NCBI GenBank assembly: GCA_963753035.1
Contig: CAVWAW010000020.1
Span: 14,040-78,039, forward strand
Source: an uncultured Acidobacteriota bacterium
Lineage (GTDB): Bacteria > Acidobacteriota > Thermoanaerobaculia > Thermoanaerobaculales > Sulfomarinibacteraceae
Direction of reading: 5' to 3'
Length of the DNA: 64,000 bases
Shown here: positions 39,770 through 47,802 of the stretch, one piece after another
Numbering within the stretch: the stretch's first letter is position 1
Layout of the letters: every line of letters begins with the position of its first letter
Notes under the pieces: model-generated
What the model was told of the DNA's origin: nothing
The model's database searches: none
What the model saw: only the letters and a program-made list of their open reading frames with translations
Program-made: the position numbers and the translations under genes

Positions 39770-40381
39770 CTACTTCGCGTGGCAACGGATGCACATCAGG
39801 CTCCCGGCCGGATCTTCCACCAGAAGGGACGGGTTGCTCCCGACGGCCCCGCCGTTGTGCACGTCGTGGCAGGTAGCGCACTCCACCTTGTTGGCGAAGA
39901 GATAGTCCGCAATGTTCCCATCGGCGTAGACCGACGACGTGGGGTTGAGTTCGGGATCCTGACCCGCGCCCGTTCCTGCGCTGTAGGTCACGCTGATCGG
40001 GTGGTCGTTCGACAGATCGGTTCCAACCAAGGCTCCACCGGTGATGTAGGTATTGCCGCTGGTGTTGCCGCCGAAGTTCTCGAGCGCAACGGTGCCGTCG
40101 TGACAGGAAAGACACGCCTTGGAGACATCGGCCGGTTGCGGATCGACCACTCCATCGAGGGTGTCACTGGTGTACATCTGGAACGTCGCCGTGGTCACCT
40201 CGTGGTTCCACAGCGGCGCAACAAAGGCGGTCTCACCATCGTGGGTCGTGTGGCACGGCAGGCAGATGGTGCCGTTCGACCACGTTTCGCTACTGAAATC
40301 GTGTGCGCTGCCGGTAATCTGGGCGCTGGCGAAACCTGCGCTCAGGACAATGCAGAAGCTCACTACAAGCGCTCTCTTCAT
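39770..40381 (-). CDS. Secreted tetraheme c-type cytochrome (paralog 1)
   Basis: 203 aa from the ATG at 40381 (ggaggg 8 nt upstream) within ORF 39770-40507. Signal peptide is MKRALVVSFCIVLSAGFASA. Motifs: CLPCHTTHD, CLSCHDG, CATCHDVHN, CIRCHAK*. Five further His residues are available as distal ligands. Confidence 0.9.
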   Translation of the reverse strand: MKRALVVSFCIVLSAGFASAQITGSAHDFSSETWSNGTICLPCHTTHDGETAFVAPLWNHEVTTATFQMYTSDTLDGVVDPQPADVSKACLSCHDGTVALENFGGNTSGNTYITGGALVGTDLSNDHPISVTYSAGTGAGQDPELNPTSSVYADGNIADYLFANKVECATCHDVHNGGAVGSNPSLLVEDPAGSLMCIRCHAK

Positions 40382-40502
40382 GATTTTTGCCCTCCGTTCT
40401 CGAATCCAAAGAAACTCGATTCGAACCTTGCTGCCGGCGTGGGCCCTTCGCGTCAGATTGCGAACGGCCCGCAGGTTCGGTCGAATCTCATCAACTGACT
40501 GG

Positions 40503-40531
40503 AGCATATTTTGGATCTATTCCTAAATCAA
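40503..40531 (-). promoter_or_regulatory. Sigma70-like promoter candidate for the tetraheme-led operon
   Basis: On the minus strand: TTGATT (40531-40526), a 17-nt spacer, then TATGCT (40508-40503), about 120 nt upstream of the ATG and inside a 343-nt AT-richer gap. Sequence match only. Confidence 0.3.
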
Positions 40532-40724
40532 TGCTTGCACGCATGAACACGTGACGAAGCACACATAACTGACCGGGTTTTTGTCATGTACATGTAATGG
40601 ACCCATGAAGTAAAGACACCGTCTCAATAGCATGCACTCCAATCTCGCCCGATGATTCCGATCAAATCGCCGTTGGGCGCCGAATCGATATTCCGACCTC
40701 GCGCATCGTGATCTCGCCGGCTGA

Positions 40725-41774
40725 TCACTGCGGTGAACCAAGGAACCGAAAGAGCTGTACGCGGTGGTTGAGCGTATCGGCGACGACGAGGAGGTCGTCA
40801 CGCATGGCAATCCCCGAAGGCAGAGAGAATTGGCCCGGCCCCTGTCCGGGCTCTCCGAACCACATGAGCAATTCGCCGTCGAGGTTGAACATCTGAACGA
40901 GCTGAAACGCTCCATCCACCTCATACAACACGCCATTGGCGGCGTCGGCCACCAAACCACGAGGTCGGTTCAGGTCTCCGGGATTGTCACCCGCACTGCC
41001 GAATATCAAATCGAGATCACCGGCGGGATCGAAGACCTGAATCCGGAAATTCAGGTAGTCCGAGACATAAAGATAGCCATCGGCGTCAAAGGTCGCCGCC
41101 ACGGGAAAGTTGAATTCGCCCTCTCGGGCGCTGTGCTCATTGCCACCCCAGGTCATGACGGTTTCGCCGGTCGCGGTGTCGATCACATCGACCGCGTGGC
41201 GTTCGGTGTCGCACACCGCGATCCGATCGCCACCGGCCGTCACCGCAATCGAGGTCGGCCGGTCGAAAACCGATGCACCGCCATAGACCATCTTGAACTG
41301 GAGGGCCGCATCGTACGCGTAGACCGCCTGCGAGCTCGCGTCGCTGACATATAAAGTACCGTCATCGGCCACCGCGACGCCAACGGGTTGGAAGAGCGAG
41401 CCCGGAGCCGATCCCCGGAAGAGCTCGAACCGCTGTTCATCCTGGTTGATGATCACGACTCCCCGGAGATGTTGATCGACAACATAGAAGGTCTGGTCCG
41501 GGCCGATGGCAACTGCGGTCGGCGCCATCAGCGACGCCTCGACCTCCTCGTCGCCGACCAGGACCTTTTTCCAGGTGCGTTTCCGTTTGTCGACATCGCC
41601 TCGGGTGCCGATCGCACCGATCCATTCGATCACCGGTTCGGCCGGAGCCGGAGGATAGACAACCGATGTCGGCTCCGATGCGACTCGCTTGTCCGAAGGC
41701 GCACCACCGGAACTGCAGGACCAGAGGAGCGCTGCGACCACTGGAAAAAGAATGTATTTTGCTCGATGGCCCAT
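40725..41774 (-). CDS. NHL-repeat beta-propeller lipoprotein
   Basis: Lipobox AALLWSC. NHL blades include TFYVVDQHLRGVVIIN, TLYVSDASSQAVYAYD, YLYVSDYLNFRIQVFD, VLYEVDGAFQLVQMFN and LLVVADTLNHRVQLFR. Confidence 0.8.
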   Translation of the reverse strand: MGHRAKYILFPVVAALLWSCSSGGAPSDKRVASEPTSVVYPPAPAEPVIEWIGAIGTRGDVDKRKRTWKKVLVGDEEVEASLMAPTAVAIGPDQTFYVVDQHLRGVVIINQDEQRFELFRGSAPGSLFQPVGVAVADDGTLYVSDASSQAVYAYDAALQFKMVYGGASVFDRPTSIAVTAGGDRIAVCDTERHAVDVIDTATGETVMTWGGNEHSAREGEFNFPVAATFDADGYLYVSDYLNFRIQVFDPAGDLDLIFGSAGDNPGDLNRPRGLVADAANGVLYEVDGAFQLVQMFNLDGELLMWFGEPGQGPGQFSLPSGIAMRDDLLVVADTLNHRVQLFRFLGSPQ

Positions 41775-41794
41775 CAGTCAGTTCTCGCTCTCGT

Positions 41795-43546
41795 TCATTT
41801 GGGGTGGCATGCGATGCACAGCTCCGCCTGGTTGGTCGCTTTCCATGTAAACAACTTCGGGTTCGGCGCAGCATGGGGTTCGTGGCACAGCCTACAGGTC
41901 ATTTCCTGCCCGACCAGCGATTTCGCCACCTCGGTCCGACCCTCGCCATCGATGAGCCCCGAAACCGGATGTTCGGGGATCGGGTGGTCCTTTCGAAGAA
42001 AGGGATCGAGGCCGATCATTTCGAGATCCCGCGCGCGCTCGCCTCGCAACACGAATCCACCGTCAAGCCTGATGTTGCCGTTGGAGTCCACGTTGACCCT
42101 GTTCTTCAGGTGACACCCGTTGCACAGGTCGTTCCCCGACGCCCGTAGGAGATTCTCATTCGGGCCACCGTGGGGCTGGTGACAACTGTGGCATCCGATC
42201 CAAGAGATCGCCCGGTGCACGCTTTCGCCCTCGGCACCCGCCTGGTCCTCATGGCAGTCGAGGCAAACGCCGCCACCCGCGGCCCGCAGGAGTTTCGGCT
42301 GACGGGATGCATGGGGAGAATGGCAGTCCACGCACTCCATCGCCTCCATGGCGGGGTGGGGCACGGCGGCCGTCGCAATGGTCTCCGCCACGTCGTCGTG
42401 GCACATTTCGCACAACGCATTACCGCCACCGCCCTCGAGTTCCTGCGCCGTGCCTCCATGGCAATTGGTGCAGCCCTCGCGGAACGGCGGGTGGATCGAT
42501 CCGTTGGCGATGAGCGGCTTGCTCGACGAACCGTGGGGATCGTGGCAATCGAGGCAGTCGGTGGTCGCCATATCCGCCCCGAAGTGCAGCCGTTGAAGAT
42601 CGGGGTCCGCCGAATCGTGGCAGGTGCGACAGAGTTCGTCCCCGTCATCGAGCAACATCGCGGGCCGGTCGGAAGAATGCGCGTCGTGACATCCGTCGCA
42701 GCCATCTTCCAGCGCTGCGTGGGCGCCGGGGCCCTTCGCTCGCTCGGCGATGTCCGGGTGGCACGAGAAACAGAGCTCGCCGCCGTCGGCTTTGAGCAGG
42801 TGGGGTTGATCCGCAAGATGGGGATCGTGGCATTCGACGCACCGGCCCTGTTTGAGCGCGGTGTGCACCACTCGACCGCTCGTGTCCGCGAAATCGCCGT
42901 GGCACGCCTCACAGAGGGCGCCACCCTCCTGCAGTAAACGCACCCGTGTCCCACGCGGTGTTCGATGGCACGCATCGCACGAACCCTCCTCAAAGGGCAC
43001 GTGTCGCGTCGATCCACGCAGCATGTGGGCATTCTTCGATCCGTGCGCCTCGTGGCAGGTTCGGCAATCGGCGCGCCGCACGGGAATCGGGTGCGCGGCG
43101 TCGGTGTCATCCGCGTCGTGACACTCGGCGCAGATCCGGCCCGCCTCTACGCTGAGCATGGCGTCAAAATCGGTGCCGTGCGGACCATGACAGTTTCCAC
43201 AGTCATCGACCACCGGAGCGTGCGGCACGGCAATTTCACCGTTCGCGGCCGCCGTCAGACCATCGTGACAGACCAGACACAGCGCAGATCCGGACTCCAC
43301 CAACGCCACACTCATTTCACTTTCGCCGGCTTCAAAGACGTGGCAGCTCAGACAGTCGTCGACCGCGGGGGGGTGGGGAACCCGTACCGCGACGACCTCG
43401 TCGTGGCAGGTTTCACAGGTCGCCTTTTCAGGATCCACGAGCGTCGGGTGGTCCGCGGCCACGCCGGTTTCCGCGACTATGCCGGAGATCAGCACAATCG
43501 CCAGGCAGAAAACCATGCTGAAGGCGGGTCGGTGTTGTGATTCCAT
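41795..43546 (-). CDS. Secreted multiheme c-type cytochrome with 21 CXXCH motifs
   Basis: 583 aa with an N-terminal signal/anchor FSMVFCLAIVLISGIVA. There are 21 CXXCH (CETCH ... CIACHPK*), arranged mostly as pairs of type LCxxCHD ... (D/E)CxxCHx(P/A)H. Confidence 0.9.
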   Translation of the reverse strand: MESQHRPAFSMVFCLAIVLISGIVAETGVAADHPTLVDPEKATCETCHDEVVAVRVPHPPAVDDCLSCHVFEAGESEMSVALVESGSALCLVCHDGLTAAANGEIAVPHAPVVDDCGNCHGPHGTDFDAMLSVEAGRICAECHDADDTDAAHPIPVRRADCRTCHEAHGSKNAHMLRGSTRHVPFEEGSCDACHRTPRGTRVRLLQEGGALCEACHGDFADTSGRVVHTALKQGRCVECHDPHLADQPHLLKADGGELCFSCHPDIAERAKGPGAHAALEDGCDGCHDAHSSDRPAMLLDDGDELCRTCHDSADPDLQRLHFGADMATTDCLDCHDPHGSSSKPLIANGSIHPPFREGCTNCHGGTAQELEGGGGNALCEMCHDDVAETIATAAVPHPAMEAMECVDCHSPHASRQPKLLRAAGGGVCLDCHEDQAGAEGESVHRAISWIGCHSCHQPHGGPNENLLRASGNDLCNGCHLKNRVNVDSNGNIRLDGGFVLRGERARDLEMIGLDPFLRKDHPIPEHPVSGLIDGEGRTEVAKSLVGQEMTCRLCHEPHAAPNPKLFTWKATNQAELCIACHPK

Positions 43547-43906
43547 CTATTCTCCAGCAGCCGCCATCGGTCGCGGTCCCACCAATAGCGTGTTGACGTC
43601 TATTGGTTCTCGTCGCGGTTGTTAGCGCCCATTGTAGATCTTACTTCCAGATCCGAAAACCCGGAGCCGCAGCTTCTTGTTGTCGATCCTCGATCTCGTT
43701 CAACTTTTCGGAGGATCAAGCCACATCCCAGGTTCGCGGTCGGACTCCCCATCACGGTAGAGCCTCCCACATCCAATCGATGATGACTGTGTGATGAGGA
43801 TCACCAAATTGCAAGGTTGCTCAATCAAACACTTCATGAGCATCAAACCTCACGGTCGTGGATACCCGGTCTCCCGACACGAGCCCTCACGCGGTACACT
43901 CGCACC

Positions 43907-44311
43907 ATGGCTAGCGGTGCTTCCCTCCGTCTCGACATCTGGCTCGATGTAGCCTGCATCTACAAGACCAGATCACAGGCCCAGGCGGCCTGCAAGAACG
44001 GACGCGTGGAAGTCAATGGTGACAATGGCAAGGCCCACCGCGCGGTCCGACCGGGGGACGAGATCAAGATCTCGCTCCCCGGCGGTCGGAAGCGAACCAT
44101 CGAGGTCGTGGAAATCGAATCCACCAACGTCTCCAAAGCCCGCGCGCGCGAACTTTACATCGACCACACTCCGCCCCCGACCCCGGAAGAAATCGAACTC
44201 AGGAAGATGCAACGTCTCTCCTCGCCGCCTCGCCGCGACCGCGGCATGGGTGCGCCCAAGAAACAGGAACGCAGGCAACTGCGCCGGCTGAAAGAGGGCG
44301 AAGATCTCTGA
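43907..44311 (+). CDS. S4-domain RNA-binding protein (Hsp15/HslR-like)
   Basis: 134 aa from ATG 43907. S4 motif LRLDIWLDVACIYKTRSQAQAACKNGRVEVNG, then a basic C-terminal tail. Confidence 0.75.
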   Translation: MASGASLRLDIWLDVACIYKTRSQAQAACKNGRVEVNGDNGKAHRAVRPGDEIKISLPGGRKRTIEVVEIESTNVSKARARELYIDHTPPPTPEEIELRKMQRLSSPPRRDRGMGAPKKQERRQLRRLKEGEDL

Positions 44312-44343
44312 GGATTCGTTCAGCGAGACCCGATTAGCTACAA

Positions 44344-44380
44344 TCCTCCGGAGTCGCGCCCAACGCGCGACTCCGGAGGA
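44344..44380 (+). promoter_or_regulatory. 15-bp perfect hairpin that includes the Shine-Dalgarno of mtaD
   Basis: tcctccggagtcgcg (44344-44358) pairs with cgcgactccggagga (44366-44380) across a 7-nt loop. The ggagga in the 3' arm ends 4 nt before ATG 44385. Confidence 0.6.
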
Positions 44381-44384
44381 TCGT

Positions 44385-45704
44385 ATGGATACATCAAATT
44401 GGGACACTCTTGTCGTCGGCGGCACCATCCTAACCATGGAGCCCGGGAGCGAACCGATCCCGGACGGCGCCATCGCCATCGCCGACGGCAGGATCGCCGC
44501 TGTCGGCCTCGCCGAGGATCTGCTCGAGCACGCACCCACCGGCCAGGTGGTCAACGCCGGGGGATGCCTCATCCTGCCCGGTCTGGTCAACACCCACTCC
44601 CACCTCGCCATGAGTCTGCTCCGCGGCCTCGCCGATGATCTTCCTCTCATGGATTGGTTGGAGAACCATATCTGGCCGGCGGAGAAGACCCATATGGACC
44701 GCGAGGCCGTTCGACTCGGCACCGAGCTCGCGGTTGCCGAGCAGCTCCTCGCCGGAGTCACGACCACCACCGATATGTATTTCTTCGCCAACGAGGTCGC
44801 CGCGGTGCTCGCCGAAGCCGGAATGCGCGGGGTGATTGCCGAGTCGCTCATCGATTTCGCCACCCCTCGCTGCAAGACCCCCGAGGAAATGATGGAGAAA
44901 CAGCGGGAGCTCGCCCAGCAGTATCGGAAACACCCGCTGATTACGCCGTCCATCGCCGCACATGCGCCCTATTCGGTGAGCGCGAGCAATCTCGTAAAGG
45001 AGGCCGAACTCGCCGAAGAGCTCGGGGTCACCTTCCAGATCCACCTCTCGGAAACGCGATGGGAAGTGGAAAAGCTCATGGAAGAAAAGGGACGGTCTCC
45101 GGTCGCCTACCTCGCCGATCTCGGCGTGCTCTCCGAGCGAACCGTCGCCGCACACTGTGTCCACGTCTCACCGGAAGACATCGAAACCCTCGTCGAGTTC
45201 GAAGTCGGCGTCGCCCACAATCCCGTCTCCAACCTCAAGCTCGCTTCCGGCGTGGCCCCCGTTCCCACCATGGTCGAGGCAGGGGTCAAGCTCGGCATCG
45301 GCACCGACGGAGCGGCGTCAAACAACACCCTGGACCTTCTCCGCGATATGCAGCTGGCTTCGCTACTGCACAAGGGTGTGTTCGGAGATCCGACGGTTCT
45401 TCCCGCCCGCGCCATGATCGAGATGGCGACCATCGGTGGGGCCAGTGTTCTCGGGCTCGACGCCGAAATCGGCACCCTGACCGAGGGTAAACAGGCTGAT
45501 ATGGTGTGCTTTTCGGTCGATGGGCCGCACGCCACCCCGGTCTTCGATCCCTGGTCACATCTCGTCTACGCCGCGCGTTCCTCCGATGTCCGGCACGTGC
45601 TCGTCCAAGGCAAGCTCGTGGTCGGTAATCGGAACCTCAACACCATGGATCGGGAACGAATCGAGTCACAGGCGTGGGATTTCGCGCAGCTGCTCAAAAA
45701 GTAG
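44385..45704 (+). CDS. mtaD: 5-methylthioadenosine/S-adenosylhomocysteine deaminase (amidohydrolase)
   Basis: LPGLVNTHSHLAMSLLRGLADDLPLMDWL, HLSET, VAAHCVH and a GTDGAASNN metal/active-site pattern. Confidence 0.8.
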   Translation: MDTSNWDTLVVGGTILTMEPGSEPIPDGAIAIADGRIAAVGLAEDLLEHAPTGQVVNAGGCLILPGLVNTHSHLAMSLLRGLADDLPLMDWLENHIWPAEKTHMDREAVRLGTELAVAEQLLAGVTTTTDMYFFANEVAAVLAEAGMRGVIAESLIDFATPRCKTPEEMMEKQRELAQQYRKHPLITPSIAAHAPYSVSASNLVKEAELAEELGVTFQIHLSETRWEVEKLMEEKGRSPVAYLADLGVLSERTVAAHCVHVSPEDIETLVEFEVGVAHNPVSNLKLASGVAPVPTMVEAGVKLGIGTDGAASNNTLDLLRDMQLASLLHKGVFGDPTVLPARAMIEMATIGGASVLGLDAEIGTLTEGKQADMVCFSVDGPHATPVFDPWSHLVYAARSSDVRHVLVQGKLVVGNRNLNTMDRERIESQAWDFAQLLKK

Positions 45705-45714
45705 GGCATGAGCC

Positions 45715-46098
45715 CTAATTCGCCCCATGCTTCCCCAACTCGAAGGCACGCTCGAGGGCGTCGATATTCACCTTGATCTTGATGGGTCCGCTACGTACCG
45801 GGTTTTCCTCCTCCACCGGGTAGGCGGAACGAATCATTGCTGCCAACTTTGGGTCGACATCGAGAAACTGAACCCCGGCGTGATAGACCAAGTGGCCGTC
45901 TGACCCGGAGTTGGAGAAACCGGTGAGCTTGCAGTGAACGACCTTTGCCCTGATCCGCAGAAGACCGTTGGGCAACGGCAGCGAAATCCTGCACTCACCT
46001 CTCGGATTGAGGGCCGAAGCCAAGACGAGATGCGCGCCTTCGGGAGACACATCGATCACCCGGGCCGGCCGATTGCCCCAGAGATTGAATTTCGACAT
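45715..46098 (-). CDS. PilZ-domain protein
   Basis: 127 aa with NRPARVIDVSPEGAHL (partial RxxxR, then DxSxxG) and a beta-barrel-like remainder. Confidence 0.5.
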   Translation of the reverse strand: MSKFNLWGNRPARVIDVSPEGAHLVLASALNPRGECRISLPLPNGLLRIRAKVVHCKLTGFSNSGSDGHLVYHAGVQFLDVDPKLAAMIRSAYPVEEENPVRSGPIKIKVNIDALERAFELGKHGAN

Positions 46099-46308
46099 CG
46101 TGCGCCGGAGCGGCGCGACGAGAGTGACGGCGTTCGTCCATCAGGCTCTCCCCCCTTACCGGTTCCGGCCGGGCGTCCCCTCCAGCACAACCTCAGGTCG
46201 CGACGTCCGGTCAGTTGTTTTCGGTACTCGATGAGAATAGCCGATCCGTTCACCGTGGTCCAGACCCCGAACACGAGTAAGATTGAGGGCACCAACCAGG
46301 AGGACAGC

Positions 46309-47193
46309 ATGAGTTCCATCCCGAAAAAGATCCTCGTCGCGACGGATTTCTCGACCACAGCCGACACGGCGGAAAAAATCGCCTATCAACTCGCGTCTCT
46401 TCTGGAGGCCGAGCTCGATCTGGTCCACGTCAGGGTGATTCTGGAAGATCCGCTCATGGCGGAGGAGCAACAGATGGAAATCGAGCGCATGATGTCGTCG
46501 ACGGACGAGGCAACCCGGCAGGCCTTTGCCAGGGATCGGACCGGAGACCGCGGCATCACCGTCAGAACTCACCTGATCCGCAGCGTTTCGGCGGCGGAGG
46601 CGATCACCGCAACCGCTTCGGATCTCGACTGTGATCTCATCGTCATGGGAACCCATGGCCGACGCGGCATCAAACACATGCTGCTCGGCTCCGTTGCCGA
46701 GAACGTCATTCGAAGCGTCGATTTGCCGGTGCTCACGGTTCGTCCCGAAACCGCGTTTCCCGCCCACGGGCCCAAGAGGATCCTCGTCGCCCACGATTTC
46801 TCGGATCGCTCGGAGGGAGCCATTCGGGTTGCCGGCGATTGGGCCCGCGCCTTCGATGCGGACGTCACACTGCTCCACGTGGTGGAACCGGTTGTCTATC
46901 CCGAGTTCTACGCCATCAACGCCCTCTCAGACGATGTCATGACACGGCTCCAAGACCGCGCGTCCGAGGCTCTCGACGACGCCGCAATGGAGACTCTCCC
47001 TGACCTGCGGGTCACCACCCGGGTCAGCGTCGGCCGAGCGATCAAGACCATCGTCACCGAGGCGCGGCCCGAGAGCTTCGACCTCGTGGTCATGGGAACG
47101 CGCGGACTCACCGGACTGGAACAACTCATGCTCGGCTCGGTCGCCGAGGGGGTGCTGAGGCGGTGTCCGGTGCCGCTGCTCACAGTGAGCTGA
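46309..47193 (+). CDS. Tandem universal stress protein (UspA family)
   Basis: ATG 46309 follows aggagga. There are two Usp domains (KKILVATDFS...IVMGTHGRRGIKHMLLGSVAE and KRILVAHDFS...VVMGTRGLTGLEQLMLGSVAE). Confidence 0.8.
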   Translation: MSSIPKKILVATDFSTTADTAEKIAYQLASLLEAELDLVHVRVILEDPLMAEEQQMEIERMMSSTDEATRQAFARDRTGDRGITVRTHLIRSVSAAEAITATASDLDCDLIVMGTHGRRGIKHMLLGSVAENVIRSVDLPVLTVRPETAFPAHGPKRILVAHDFSDRSEGAIRVAGDWARAFDADVTLLHVVEPVVYPEFYAINALSDDVMTRLQDRASEALDDAAMETLPDLRVTTRVSVGRAIKTIVTEARPESFDLVVMGTRGLTGLEQLMLGSVAEGVLRRCPVPLLTVS

Positions 47194-47205
47194 GAGTCGT
47201 GATTC

Positions 47206-47781
47206 TCACGGCTCATCCTCAACCCGATTGAACCGATTCATCGCCGCATCGAGTCCGTCGGTGATGACGGCCTCGACCGCATCCGCGGCGCGGACAATCG
47301 CCGCGCCCACATCGTCGAGCTCATTCGCACCGAAAGGATCGGTGACGTACGTCGCCAAGTCATCCAAGACCTCATCGCCTCGGACACCGACGCGAAGTCT
47401 CGGATAGACCTTTCCCGCCACCTCACATAGATCCCTCAGGCCGTTGTGGGTCCCGGGTCCACCGCGCTTGCGGAGTCGAAGCCGGCCGATGGGCAAATCG
47501 ATGTCGTCGACCACCACCAGAATCTGTTCGGGTTCCAGGGCAAACCTCTCGAGCAACCACGAGAGCGCGGCGCCGGAACGGTTCATATAGGTCATGGGTT
47601 TGGCGGCGATCACTCCACGCCCGAGGTCGAGGGACCTGAGATCACTCAGGATATATGGTTCCCAGGAGCCGATGCCTCTCCGACAGCCGAGTTCGTCCAC
47701 GACCCGAAACCCGACATTGTGTCGGGTTTCGGCATAGCGCGGCCCCGGATTCCCGAGGCCGAGCACCAGTTCGATGGACAT
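47206..47781 (-). CDS. pth: Peptidyl-tRNA hydrolase
   Basis: LVLGLGNPGPRYAETRHNVGF..., GGPGTHNGLRD. Confidence 0.9.
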   Translation of the reverse strand: MSIELVLGLGNPGPRYAETRHNVGFRVVDELGCRRGIGSWEPYILSDLRSLDLGRGVIAAKPMTYMNRSGAALSWLLERFALEPEQILVVVDDIDLPIGRLRLRKRGGPGTHNGLRDLCEVAGKVYPRLRVGVRGDEVLDDLATYVTDPFGANELDDVGAAIVRAADAVEAVITDGLDAAMNRFNRVEDEP

Positions 47782-47802
47782 CCTTTCTGGGGGAAAGGAC
47801 GG

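Noticed and set aside
30794-43546. Cytochrome locus as a respiratory reductase system (NrfA nitrite reductase, HAO-type, MccA sulfite reductase) or a Cyc2-type iron oxidase.
   Set aside because: None of the five proteins has a CXXCK motif. No NrfH/NrfBCD partners, long CX15CH-type site or copper/molybdopterin subunit are present. The barrel protein has no heme motif, so it is not a Cyc2 fusion. HAO-like function cannot be fully excluded without structure or HMM comparison.
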